Shown piece after piece: positions 1 to 10,800 of a stretch of 64,000 nucleotides of DNA; positions within the stretch are counted from its first letter, which is position 1, and each line of letters opens with the position of its first letter. Source of the DNA: a virus (lineage: Duplodnaviria; Caudoviricetes); the IMG/VR virus record IMGVR_UViG_2905984197_000003, positions 1 to 64,000 of that record; one strand, written 5' to 3'. The position numbers and the translations under genes were made by a program. Under the pieces are notes generated by a model. It was not told the origin of the DNA. It searched no databases and was given only the letters and a program-made list of their open reading frames with translations.

Positions 1-3000
1 CTACCAAACAAAGTCACACGGTTGTTGCCTTTCTGCAATTACTCTTAATGATTTCGTTACATACAATCTAAGGAAGCAACGTGCACTAAGATTGGCTATA
101 AGCTTGCCTTGTATTTTAACCGCCATCGTGCCTCCAGATTGATCGAAATTATAAATAACGATCTGTTGTTTAGGATAAATTCTTTTAAAATCAACAGTCA
201 TTTTAACCTGTTCCCCAACAATATGGATCAGTCTATTTCTATCGTCTACACCAAGGAAGCCCGAAGGATCGACATTATATTCGTGCGGATCTAATCTAAT
301 AGCATAATCAGATTCGTCATTAACTATTTCATCCCTTAAAGTAGCTAAGTTACCATTAGGAATAAATAGGGTATCAGGGTTTTCATCTTCTGATTTAAAG
401 TTTTTACTTGCCTTTACAGATCCATCTACGGTCAACTTATCATCCTTATTAGATTCTCTTCCCATTCCGAAGAGTTTTGTATCTAAATTGAAGTTTAACC
501 CATCAAAATTGCCGTAAAGTGAACCATATTTATAATATTCATTTTGTTTACCCGAAACAAATCTTTCAAAAGTATGATCCATTATCCCCGATTCATTTCC
601 GTAGAAGCCATCTGCAAGCATTAATCTTGAACCTGTATTGATGGAAAATTCTTCATTTAGTTTTAATCCATATTGATAAGCATAATTCCATTGCTGAATA
701 TTTATATTGGTAAAATCTGCATCTGTCCATAATTTAGACCATTTACCCCATTTTCCATCAATCCCTTTTCTAAGTTTCAGCATTGGAGCACCCGCACCAT
801 TGCTACCACTTTGATTTGCAAATGCTAACTGGTAAGAAGAATCACCTGTAGAAGCAGTTGTACCATCCCAAGGAGCAAAAGTCATTATACCTGCATAATT
901 TCCAGTAGCTCCTAAACCGGCACTTGTAGAATTAGCAAAATCAAATCTCACCCTTCGGGGAGTAGAGTTTGGTGCTATATCGTCTGGATTTCTTGATCCG
1001 TCTCTAGATGTTACAAAGTAATTGGTAAGATTTACAGAATTATTTCCGCTTATATATAATTGTTGTCCGCCTTCAGTTTCAGGATTAGTGCTTAATTCGA
1101 TTTGGCTTTTATTTACTGCATGTGCACCAAGGGTTCCATTTGGAATAACAGGGCTATGGGTAAATGTCTTAGTATCTGATATAGTCTCAACACCAGTGCT
1201 TTTTACAAATAAATTTAAAGACTCGTTTTTAGTGTAATAATTGAATAATGCAGAATTCGTAAGGTATCCTGCATTGGCATGATTCCCCCAATTAAATGCA
1301 GTTTCACCGTTATTAATTCTTGAATCGTTACCTTGTGCAACAGTATTTACAGTTGTTCCATATGTTGGAGTAAAATTCGTTCCTGTTAATGCAATGCCGT
1401 TACTGCTTGTATAGATTGTGTTATTATCTGTCCAAGGAACATTTACTATAGCTTGATTATTATTATTCAGTTGCACAGCATAAGAACGTCCTTTTATTTC
1501 TGTTACTGAATTTGGCGCCATACTATTTACAACATCAGAAAATAATCTTATTCCCCCTAATGAAGTTGATGTTGCTACTGTAAGTGAGTAGGAAGGTAAA
1601 GAACCTTTTGTAACTGTAATTCCATTAGCATTTTGAGCAACATCTGTGATATAATTACCCGAACCAGATATTGTAACAGGTAAACTAAATGCAGTTCCTG
1701 ATAATGTTAATCCATTTCCAGCGGTATAAGATGTATTTGTATCAACCCAAGGCACGTTTACAACAGCTTGACCTGCGGAGTTTAATTGAATACCATAGGT
1801 TCTGCTTGCTGTAGCTGTGACTGAATTTGATGCAACTGTTTGTACAGTATCACTAAATATTTCAACACCTCCTTTAACAGCACTTGTAGCCGTAGGCAAT
1901 GTGTAAATAGTATCAGTGAATAATGCACCTGCCGGTACATTTGTCAAAACCTGAGCATCATCTACTTTACCATCTAATGCACTTTGTAATCCTGTGACCC
2001 CAGCAATAGTATGTGTATGATTGACTGATGATGCACCAACATCTGAATATGTTAAATTAACAACACCTGTTTGACCGTTTACACTTTGAACGGCACCTGA
2101 TGAAATTTCAACAAAAACAGTTCCACTCCATCTATAAGACTTATTGGTATCTGTTGTGACATATATTTTACCAGTTTGCTTCTCATTTGCTGGTAATGCA
2201 TTGAGTACTGCTAAACTTGGAGCTTCTATAACATCATCTACATAACTTGGTAACTGAGTTGATGGAATTAAGCCTGATGCATCCAAAGTAGCGACACCGT
2301 TAGCTGAACCTTTTTGTGATAATGGAATATACGAACCTAACTGCGCAGTAGTAGCATACCCTACATTGGCATGATTTCCCCAATTAAAAGCAGTGTTCCA
2401 ATTGTTAATATCGGCTTGTGAAAAATCACTGGAAGTCCATAAATATTTTCCATTATTCCAGGCACCAGCATTATAACTTTGATAAAACAATCTATTATTA
2501 GAGTGAGAAAGTCTGAATGCAACAACGGAGTTTCCACTATCATCTCCATACGGAACGAATGTCATAGAAGCTGAGTAAGTACTTGTGTTAGGCGCAGTGA
2601 GACCTATTGCTGCTGAATTTTTAAAATCAAACCAAACGCCGCTCTTTAAATCAGTTGATGGTAAAGGATTTGTATTTCTTGTATCATTTGACCTAATTGA
2701 ATTTACATCACCTCCTAAAATCCCCTGCCTTGGAACATCAGTAATTCCATAACCTGTAGCTGTTGTTGGTTTAGCTGTTAATGAAGCAAATGGATGGGTA
2801 TGCGAACTTAGCGAATAAGTGTTAGAATCCACAGAACCATCTGCTTTTAAAAACTGAGTAGCATCTCCTCCAACTTTTGCAATAGATTGTGCAAGAAATT
2901 TACCCGCAGAATCAAGAACTGCTTGACCTGTTGTAGAAATATCTCCTTGCGGTCTAAAATAGATAACACCAGCAGAGCTACTACCTGATAAAATTAAACT

Positions 3001-4416
3001 ATCTCCAGATGTACCTCCAGCTCTAAACATTGTATTACCTCTACTTTTTATTGTAATATCTGTAGTAGGAGTATTGATACTTCCATTAAAATCTATATAA
3101 CCTGATGTAAACAGATTACCATTGACATCTAATTGATAGCCATTTCGTGGAACTGTTGCGCCCGTCAAACCAACACCAACTCTGCCATTCGCCCATCTTA
3201 AAGCATTTTGTGTATTATATGCTGTACCTCCTAGATAACCATAAATTAGTGAGGTTGTTCCTAAGGTAGTTGTATCAGTGTAATTCCCATAATGACCAAA
3301 TACATCAATAATTCCATTACTACCTAATAATTTAGTAAAATCTACTGCAAAATTACTTGTTCCTGATGTAGTTGAATAATCTCTAAGAATATTTGTCGTC
3401 AAATTACCTAGTCTTAAAGAACCAGTCAATGTATCTCCTGATTTCAGAAGATAATTTGATAGTTGTGGTATCGCATCAACACTGTTTAACATTGTTTTCC
3501 ATACCCCCCAAGAAGAACCGTTATAATTTCTTTTATAAGTTATATTATTGTTATAAGTAGTATATTCTTGTATTACACCATTGCTTGTAGTTCTATAAAC
3601 ATTTAAAGAGCCAGCATTAGCAATAGGATAATTTCTTGCTATGGTTGCATTAGCATCAGCAGTTTGATTATAAAAACCGGGAGTTGTGATCGTATTTAAA
3701 CTATTATCGCCTAACGCTGTTGGGGCTTTTGGAATAGAACCTATATTGTTTGCATCGGTCCAGCTTCTGGATGCCACTACTTCTGTAGCAACATTAGCAA
3801 TTGAAATATAGGAAGAAACGTCTGTTTCAATGGTTTGTAACCAACCTTTCGACCAATCAAAATTTGCACCAGAATGGAAAGATACTACCCTTTCAACTTC
3901 AACATTCAGGTAGGTATTCCATACTGTTGTTGCTTCACCTATATTGATACAAACCATTCCAGCAGCATCAATTCCTACATTAATTATATTCGTAGGGAAA
4001 TTATCTGAACACTCAATAATAGCCTTATGGCTTCCGTTAATCGCTACGCCGGTTATCTTATAGAATCCGATTCTTATTTTACCTAAAATTCTATTTTGCC
4101 AACCATATATTTTTAAAGTTACATCAAACATTGTTGCAGATGTGCTTGCTTGTGGAAACTTAAAGCTCAAAATCCCAACCTGATTAGCATTACTAAATCT
4201 TTGGTAAACTTTATTGAAAACCCGTGAGCTGTTTTCAAATTTTGATAGGCTTCCGGATGTGAAATTGAGATTTTTATCCCCCATATTAATTTCTGTATTC
4301 GCAGGAATATATGAAGTATTGTCTAAACTACCATCAGCCTTTAAAAAGTGGGCGGCTGTACCGCCCACCACTCTATACCCTTTAGAGGTGTTATAATATG
4401 AGTATTTAACATCCAT
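1..4416 (-). CDS. Long tail-fibre-like protein (cassette 1) with a pyocin-knob-like domain and internal repeats
   Basis: 1471 aa, G/S/T/N-rich. FLKADGS twice, knob-like LNTITTPGFY...WGVWK segment, duplicated VNVPWxD repeats. C-terminal domain is paralogous to 13910..19540. Confidence 0.8.
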   Translation of the reverse strand: MDVKYSYYNTSKGYRVVGGTAAHFLKADGSLDNTSYIPANTEINMGDKNLNFTSGSLSKFENSSRVFNKVYQRFSNANQVGILSFKFPQASTSATMFDVTLKIYGWQNRILGKIRIGFYKITGVAINGSHKAIIECSDNFPTNIINVGIDAAGMVCINIGEATTVWNTYLNVEVERVVSFHSGANFDWSKGWLQTIETDVSSYISIANVATEVVASRSWTDANNIGSIPKAPTALGDNSLNTITTPGFYNQTADANATIARNYPIANAGSLNVYRTTSNGVIQEYTTYNNNITYKRNYNGSSWGVWKTMLNSVDAIPQLSNYLLKSGDTLTGSLRLGNLTTNILRDYSTTSGTSNFAVDFTKLLGSNGIIDVFGHYGNYTDTTTLGTTSLIYGYLGGTAYNTQNALRWANGRVGVGLTGATVPRNGYQLDVNGNLFTSGYIDFNGSINTPTTDITIKSRGNTMFRAGGTSGDSLILSGSSSAGVIYFRPQGDISTTGQAVLDSAGKFLAQSIAKVGGDATQFLKADGSVDSNTYSLSSHTHPFASLTAKPTTATGYGITDVPRQGILGGDVNSIRSNDTRNTNPLPSTDLKSGVWFDFKNSAAIGLTAPNTSTYSASMTFVPYGDDSGNSVVAFRLSHSNNRLFYQSYNAGAWNNGKYLWTSSDFSQADINNWNTAFNWGNHANVGYATTAQLGSYIPLSQKGSANGVATLDASGLIPSTQLPSYVDDVIEAPSLAVLNALPANEKQTGKIYVTTDTNKSYRWSGTVFVEISSGAVQSVNGQTGVVNLTYSDVGASSVNHTHTIAGVTGLQSALDGKVDDAQVLTNVPAGALFTDTIYTLPTATSAVKGGVEIFSDTVQTVASNSVTATASRTYGIQLNSAGQAVVNVPWVDTNTSYTAGNGLTLSGTAFSLPVTISGSGNYITDVAQNANGITVTKGSLPSYSLTVATSTSLGGIRLFSDVVNSMAPNSVTEIKGRSYAVQLNNNNQAIVNVPWTDNNTIYTSSNGIALTGTNFTPTYGTTVNTVAQGNDSRINNGETAFNWGNHANAGYLTNSALFNYYTKNESLNLFVKSTGVETISDTKTFTHSPVIPNGTLGAHAVNKSQIELSTNPETEGGQQLYISGNNSVNLTNYFVTSRDGSRNPDDIAPNSTPRRVRFDFANSTSAGLGATGNYAGIMTFAPWDGTTASTGDSSYQLAFANQSGSNGAGAPMLKLRKGIDGKWGKWSKLWTDADFTNINIQQWNYAYQYGLKLNEEFSINTGSRLMLADGFYGNESGIMDHTFERFVSGKQNEYYKYGSLYGNFDGLNFNLDTKLFGMGRESNKDDKLTVDGSVKASKNFKSEDENPDTLFIPNGNLATLRDEIVNDESDYAIRLDPHEYNVDPSGFLGVDDRNRLIHIVGEQVKMTVDFKRIYPKQQIVIYNFDQSGGTMAVKIQGKLIANLSARCFLRLYVTKSLRVIAERQQPCDFVW

Positions 4417-4417
4417 T

Positions 4418-5836
4418 TTAAAGATCTTTACGGGTTACTGTGATTGATACAGTATTAGGTAAAGCAGAATCAAATTCAATATCTATTTTATTCGGATCGG
4501 TTAATTTTATTCTGCCTTCGATTTTGTAAAATGTTACAGTATCATACATAGCAACATCCACATTTCTAGTCCCTAAGTTGTGCGCTACACTTGCAGTTCC
4601 TACAATAGAAGTTGTGTAAGATTTTGCAATATTAGTTCCGGCAGTAACTCTACCTTTAGAATCTACTGTAACCTCATCATAAGTTCCGGCAGCTACTCCT
4701 GTTGCAGCTAATGTCAACGCTGAGGTAACATTTGCAGATCCGTCAAAAGTTGTTGCCCAAGTAGCGTCACCTGAAGCAGCAATTGTTCTCGGTGTTGTCA
4801 ATTTTGCAGCCGATCCGGTTGTATTGATTGCTGCAGTTCCTGTTAGTAATGTTGCAGGAACAGCCGTAATAGGGATTGTTACATTTCCAGTACCGTCAAT
4901 TGTTTGTACCGTTGCAGTAACTCCGGAAAGCGTAATCGTTCGCTGTGTCGTCCATTTTGTAGCAGAAAGAACACTTTTTGCTGCATCTGCCGTATTATCA
5001 ACATTACTTAATCCAACGTGAGATTTGTTTAAAACTACAACCCCCGTTAATCCGTTGACAGAATCTACCGCACCAGAGGTAATATAAACGAACGTTGTTC
5101 CAGTCCATCGATACGTTTTGTTGGTATCAAGAGATACATAAATTTTACCTGTCTCGCCAGCGATAAGGTTGGTATATGCCGCTTCTTTGTAAAACTTTCC
5201 GTCAGCAGCTTTATAATAGCCTTCCAAAACATCATCCACATAAGATGGCAATTGAGATGCAGGAACCTGTCCGGATGCATCCAATGACGCAACTCCATTC
5301 GCTGCCCCTTTTTGTGATAAAGGAACATAATTAGCCAAATCTGCCGCAGTAGGCATAGAACCTAGAGATACCGTAATTCCGTTGGCGGTCTGAGTGATTC
5401 CTGTAACCACATTCCCTGTACCTGAAGTAGTAACCGGTAAAGAAAATGAAGTTCCTGTCAATGTTAAACCATTCCCTGCATTGTACGTTGTATCTGTAGA
5501 AACTAATGTAATTGTACTGCCGGTTTGATTGATCGTCATATTGGCACCTGCCGCAAGGGTAACATCACCGGATACCAGAGTTCCAGATGCGCCACCTTTT
5601 AGACGGGTAATCGTGTCTGGCGTTGTAAATGCTCTGTTTGCTGACAAATCATAAGCGGTACCGTTAATGCTTAAAGTTCGTGTTTTTGGCACATAATCCA
5701 ACGGATTTAAATTTCCATCATGCCAAAAAGAATTGATTGGTCTTGTGCTTCCTCCAGCGGTTAAAATGTCATTGTCTGTTTTTCCTTCGATTTTGTAACC
5801 TACAGAGCTTCTGTAATAAGCGTATTTAATGTCCAT
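4418..5836 (-). CDS. Tail-fibre-like protein (cassette 1)
   Basis: 472 aa. KGAANGVASLDASG and QLPSYVDDV motifs, SAAKLTTPRTI and VTVDSKGRVT fibre motifs. C-terminal HNLGTRNVD is shared with 19540..20559. Confidence 0.8.
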   Translation of the reverse strand: MDIKYAYYRSSVGYKIEGKTDNDILTAGGSTRPINSFWHDGNLNPLDYVPKTRTLSINGTAYDLSANRAFTTPDTITRLKGGASGTLVSGDVTLAAGANMTINQTGSTITLVSTDTTYNAGNGLTLTGTSFSLPVTTSGTGNVVTGITQTANGITVSLGSMPTAADLANYVPLSQKGAANGVASLDASGQVPASQLPSYVDDVLEGYYKAADGKFYKEAAYTNLIAGETGKIYVSLDTNKTYRWTGTTFVYITSGAVDSVNGLTGVVVLNKSHVGLSNVDNTADAAKSVLSATKWTTQRTITLSGVTATVQTIDGTGNVTIPITAVPATLLTGTAAINTTGSAAKLTTPRTIAASGDATWATTFDGSANVTSALTLAATGVAAGTYDEVTVDSKGRVTAGTNIAKSYTTSIVGTASVAHNLGTRNVDVAMYDTVTFYKIEGRIKLTDPNKIDIEFDSALPNTVSITVTRKDL

Positions 5837-5838
5837 AA

Positions 5839-6690
5839 TTATATTTTTTTGATTGTTAACTGAATTATATTGGGTGGTACAGAATCAAATAGCACTTCAA
5901 TAGTATTGGTGTCTATTCTTCTCACCTTAAGGGGTACTGTAAACATTGTTACGGTGTCGTAAGCATCGATCACAAAACTTAATGTATCAAGATTATGCTT
6001 TATTGTAGAGTCACCCCGAACTCTCTCTTCATATTTATTTTTTTCGGGATTGGCTGCATCTTCGATATTTTTAATTTTATCATACACCACATCATTAAAC
6101 TGATTTTGATAAGTGATTGACCCCCAGTTTGAGTAAATTCCAACGAGGTTGGTTTTATCATCTGAACCATTTCTGCTAATAGCTTCTTTAAGCCATTCTA
6201 GCTGCTGCCTGTTTTCTTTGATATAACCTACGATTTCCTGAAGTTCATCAAGATCAACATCATTAGAATCTAGTATTTCGTTGATTTTGGCAATATGTTC
6301 AAGCATTTCATCATCTTTTGCCTGAAACAGATTCACAATTTCCCCGATTTGCTCTTTTGTGTAGACATTTCCAGTCTCTTCGTCTCCATCTATAGTAGCT
6401 CCTAATTTGATTTTTAACTTTTCTTTCCATTCTTCTACATTCGTAGCAGTAAGGTTGGATGCGTTAAGTTTTGCCAGTACTAAATGATGCGCGCTTTCAT
6501 CTTCAAGATGATTTGTAAAAGTTGTGGTAGATAGTTTGTTTTGAAAAGCTTCATTTAAGCCCATCACCTCCTCCATTTTGATTTTTTCATCTAAATGGCG
6601 GAATGAAGAAAAGACCTGCTGAAATTGATATTCTGTAGGAACATCACCTTTTTCAAACCAGCTGAAAATTATATTTAATGGTGTACTCAT
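5839..6690 (-). CDS. IFSWFExGD-family fibre-associated protein, copy 1
   Basis: 283 aa. N-terminus MSTPLNIIFSWFEKGDVPT and DLDELQEIV motif are shared with 12627..13379 and 20575..21186. Confidence 0.8.
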   Translation of the reverse strand: MSTPLNIIFSWFEKGDVPTEYQFQQVFSSFRHLDEKIKMEEVMGLNEAFQNKLSTTTFTNHLEDESAHHLVLAKLNASNLTATNVEEWKEKLKIKLGATIDGDEETGNVYTKEQIGEIVNLFQAKDDEMLEHIAKINEILDSNDVDLDELQEIVGYIKENRQQLEWLKEAISRNGSDDKTNLVGIYSNWGSITYQNQFNDVVYDKIKNIEDAANPEKNKYEERVRGDSTIKHNLDTLSFVIDAYDTVTMFTVPLKVRRIDTNTIEVLFDSVPPNIIQLTIKKI

Positions 6691-7032
6691 TTGATTATTA
6701 AAAATTAGTTTTGATACAATTGATAATTTGGGAAAAGGTCTCTATTGTTTATAGATGATTGCCCCTCAATGAAATTATAGATTATTTGAGCGACTCTTGA
6801 TTCCATCACTACTTTATCATACTTTTAACTGGTGAACTATTGATCTGGTTTTCGCCTTAGAAAAACATATATTTTATCAAAGTTTTTTGTAATTTTTATT
6901 ACATATCAACTCCATTCACTTATATTTTTTTTATACTGTTTTCTGATTACTCTTTTAGTATAATATTTTTTTGAATTCAATGATTATTCACATTCTTTAG
7001 AGCTCAAATTTCAAATTTTCCCGGCTCTTATA

Positions 7033-7068
7033 AAAGTTTTTTGACCTCTCTATTCTGTAGTTGCAATA
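7033..7068 (-). promoter_or_regulatory. 36-bp conserved leader motif, copy A
   Basis: + strand AAAGTTTTTTGACCTCTCTATTCTGTAGTTGCAATA, with near-identical copies at 7145 and 13707. Regulatory role is inferred. Confidence 0.6.
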
Positions 7069-7144
7069 CCTTTATTTTCTGAAATCTTATGATATTGCTT
7101 TGTAAATTTCAATGTTCAAAAATCATTTTTTTTTAGTTCTTATG

Positions 7145-7180
7145 AAAGTTTTTTGACCTCCCTATTCAGTAGTTGCAGTA
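7145..7180 (-). promoter_or_regulatory. 36-bp conserved leader motif, copy B
   Basis: + strand AAAGTTTTTTGACCTCCCTATTCAGTAGTTGCAGTA, 112 bp from copy A. Confidence 0.6.
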
Positions 7181-7288
7181 GACTTATAATTTCAATATTA
7201 TATGGAAGATTTACAATCAGATGATCAAACATTTTCTGAGAAATAATTATTTCATTCAAAAGGGATGTGATCTATCTTCCGGTAATAC

Positions 7289-7332
7289 AAAACCCACAAT
7301 CAGAAGACTGTTATCTTCTAACTATGGGCTTT
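7289..7332 (-). terminator. Intrinsic terminator-like hairpin in leader copy 1
   Basis: Minus strand GCCCATAGTTAGAAGA-TAACAG-TCTTCTGATTGTGGGT-TTTG; homologue at 13810..13853. Confidence 0.6.
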
Positions 7333-7469
7333 ATGATAAATTAAATTACAGAGAGTTATTCTTAATTTATTATAGTGAGTTTTTTACTTCTTAAATTAGA
7401 TTCATACTATCTTACTCCCAACCAAATGCACAACCAGTCTGTAATAAAAATGAAAACCTATAAAAACAA

Positions 7470-7501
7470 AAACCGGAGCAAAAAAGTTTCTGCTCCGGTT
7501 T
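7470..7501 (-). terminator. Intrinsic terminator closing cassette 2
   Basis: AAACCGGAGCA-N10-TGCTCCGGTTT inverted repeat followed by a T-rich tract on the minus strand. Confidence 0.75.
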
Positions 7502-7594
7502 AATTTATTTATTTTTGTCCTACGATCTTTATCATATTGTCAGGACTAGTCATAAATTTTCGTTTGGGAAATAGGTAATAAAATTTATCATCTT

Positions 7595-7795
7595 TTAATT
7601 AATTTCTTCTGTTTCTACCTCGATATCAATTTCTTCGAAATCATCAGGAGTTTCCTGAATCGGTTTTTCGAGCCGTATACCGTCGAGATAGTAAGTCGTT
7701 CCCAAATAGATCTCATCGCCGAAAATAACTCCATCTATTTTTCTTTTAAAGCATTTCCCAGGATCCGCTTTAATTATATTGTCTGTCTGTGTCAT
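7595..7795 (-). CDS. Small acidic tail-associated protein
   Basis: 66 aa, 6 nt after the 1607-aa gene. IKADPGK...GDEIYLG...DFEEI pattern resembles small proteins that follow phage fibre genes. Confidence 0.65.
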   Translation of the reverse strand: MTQTDNIIKADPGKCFKRKIDGVIFGDEIYLGTTYYLDGIRLEKPIQETPDDFEEIDIEVETEEIN

Positions 7796-7801
7796 GTATT
7801 T

Positions 7802-10800
7802 TTATGTTATTGGATAAATTCTTGTGGCAAAATAGCTCCAATTGGTTGCAGTTTTATAAGCAGAAACGCTTGCTGGGGGTACATGAATTTCTACTTTATC
7901 AATAATAATCCCGTCAGCAACTATGTTTGTTCCTACCAAAATAGGAGGTGTCGCTGCCAATACTTTAATTATAACTTTAGTAACGCCTGATTGTCCTACA
8001 CTTGCACTAATTGGTAAACAATAATTCTCTAGATAATTAATTGAAGCAGGAAGAATAATTGTCATTACATCTTCACCGGATCGCATCTTAATATAGAGTC
8101 CATATGAATCTATTCTTTCTAATCTTGTAGATCCCGAAAGGTCAACAAAATTGGTAACACCTTCCTCAACATTTGCATAATCTATATTATTACTCAGCAT
8201 GCCATTGAAAATTCTCGTGATATAAGGAAGAGTATATTTTCCAGCTTTTGGATACATATATCCGAATGAATTAACTGTATAAACTCTAACATTTCCAAAT
8301 AAATTAATATCTAAATATCGTCCTTGAAATGGAGAATCTCCTAACTCTTCAATTTTGTCAAAACTTCCAAATACAGCAGTGTTAGTATTGAAGTTGAAAA
8401 CATTTGAACCTATTTTTTTTATATTTGGAGGAAAAATAATACTTATATAAAATACATTTGAGCTGAAAGCCCTATCTTCTATTGCTTCTACATTTATAAA
8501 AAATCTAAATTCATTAAAGCTACCATCAAGAGATCTCGAAGGATGAACAGATTGGTCAAAAGTATCAACCCCGATAGTAGTAATGGCTCTAGCTTCTGTA
8601 AAACTTAATTCTTTATCACCATTGGTATCATAGACTGATAATAAAGTAGCTTTTCTAGTAGTATTAGAAATTTGAATAAAATTGGCAATATTGGAAAATG
8701 TAAATTTAAAGTCAGGCCAATTAGCTTCCATGAAATCTTTATCTTCTTGATATATGGTAGAAAATTTCCATTTTCCTTCAACGATAGAATGTGGGGTTGT
8801 ATTACCCGAATCATCAATTCCTTTAGCATTTATAAGTGGAAAAAAATTTTCACTAGAAGTACTACTTCCGTTTAAATTATTAATTCTCAATCTAGCCAAA
8901 TTTTTCAACGAAGTGGCAATATCATAAACATTCATTAAAGGACAATCCTTAATTACAAGAGTTGTTATAGAACTTGCCGTAAAAGTTAAATTAGAATTTT
9001 TAATAAATTTTTGATTATCCAAAATCAAAGTATTTGCTGTATTTGGCAAAATTAAAGAAAAGAGCAACCCGCCTTTAGGTAACAATACAGAGGTTATTCC
9101 TGTTCCTGCAGCGGAAATATTTTTAATACTTGTACAACCTGTTAAATCTATTGATTGTTTTAAATTTGGGCAATTTGAAATATCTAATTCTTCTAAAATC
9201 GTGTTATTGCCAATAAACAAATTTCTCAAATTTTGATTTGAATAACCGGAAATTTGACTTCCAATTCGAAGCCTCGACAAATTCATCGCTTTGGATACAT
9301 CTAAAGTACCAAGATACTTTCCTGACAAATCTCCAAGATCTTTAATTGCAGATGCACCATAAATAATAGTTTCTGTGTCGTTAAAAGTAATCGCTGGGGC
9401 TTGAACTAAGGAGGCAACACTTTTTCGCAATCGTGCTCTATTGATGTAAGAACCAAACTTAATTTTAGTGTATCCGTCTTTTTGAGCCGTTAGTAAAAAA
9501 TTAGCATTGGGAGCAACTACAGGTGTGCCCGAAGGTGTATAAAGTCTCATCGTGATATAATCCGAAGAGAAAGTAGACGTGTCATACTTTCCATCCATAT
9601 ATCTGAATCTATTTAATAACCAATAATTCCTGTGCGATTTTCTTGAGCCTTGTGCGGTGTATAAGTAACTTCCGTTCCCGGCTATCACCAAAGGATCAAT
9701 ATATTTATATTTCGCATCTTCATTGAAAATGCTTTCCGCCCATTTGTCAGATTCTAATGTGTTAAAATAAGTGTTGCACTTATCATAAGTCAGAATTCCT
9801 GAAGCTCTCATTTGCTGATACAAAGCCGTAATTTCAGTATCAAAAGCAACTTCAACCAATTTCCAAAGTTCAGACAAGGCTCCGTTCCAAACGAACCCGC
9901 TACCAACCTGATCGTGCGCCTCTACCCAGTAATCATACACATTGTGACCTTCGTTATTAAGACCTAAAACCGTGTCATTATCATAAAAAATAAGATACCA
10001 ACGATTGTTTCCTTCAGCGTCCGGATACATTGCAAACATCTGGTTTTTAGCGCGCTGATCGACCATTGCGAAAAATTCAGTGAATACATAATAAAACAAT
10101 AAAAATTGAATATTAAAATGATCTTTAGCTTCAGCTTTGAATTTTGCAGGATCATTTTTGCAACTCACGATCCATGTATGCAAAGCTTCAAGATTCGAAG
10201 TATCTTCATTATCTTCCGGATATCTTCCCTCAAAATCATTTTTCCACAACTTCTTTCCAGAACCATCCACACTATGAAAATCTGTAGCAATAAATAATGT
10301 ATTATCTGACGTATTGTTTAAAAATTCCCAGCATTCCTGACCACCTGTAAAACCCGTTGTTGCTTCATTCGACTTATCATTGTTAAAATTATATTTTCCT
10401 AAGAAAATACGCTCAGAATCTGGTGTTGCACGGTGAAAAATAAGCATGGGAAAACCGTCCATTGTGGTTCTAATATTAGGATCCACTAACTGAGGAGGCA
10501 CTAAGTAGCCTAACTGATTCAAAGAATCTTGTGCAAGTCTTGCCAAACCAATATTGTGAGAACCGGAAGACTCCATAAAATCAGCTTTGAAGGTAAATGT
10601 CTTTTCCGCCAATGAATTATCACGAAGCTTGTATTTTGAAGAATTTAATTCGCCATTTTTGAAACCTCCATTAAATTTGATTTTAAAGTTTTTTCGGGGA
10701 TAATACTGAGAAGATGTCCCCTGAACATCAACACTCGCATTTACATAAGAAAACGATTTTGCAGGTTCTTGAGCATTTTCATACTCTCCAACAATTGTTT

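Larger units (their letters stand above)
6691..7405 (-). repeat. Conserved non-coding cassette leader, copy 1
   Basis: Block-by-block homology to 13380..13920 (AAAATTAGTTTTGATACAATTGAT, CAATGATTATTCACATTCTTTAGAG, TTTTCTGAGAAATAATTATTTCATTCAAAA) and partial homology to 21187..21335. Confidence 0.9.

Noticed and set aside
7033-7180. 36-bp repeats as a CRISPR array
   Set aside because: Only two adjacent imperfect copies 76 bp apart plus one 6.5 kb away, no cas genes, and the copies sit inside longer duplicated leaders.
7802-9400. Diversity-generating retroelement acting on the LRR tip
   Set aside because: No reverse transcriptase and no template/variable repeat pair differing at adenines was seen in the window.
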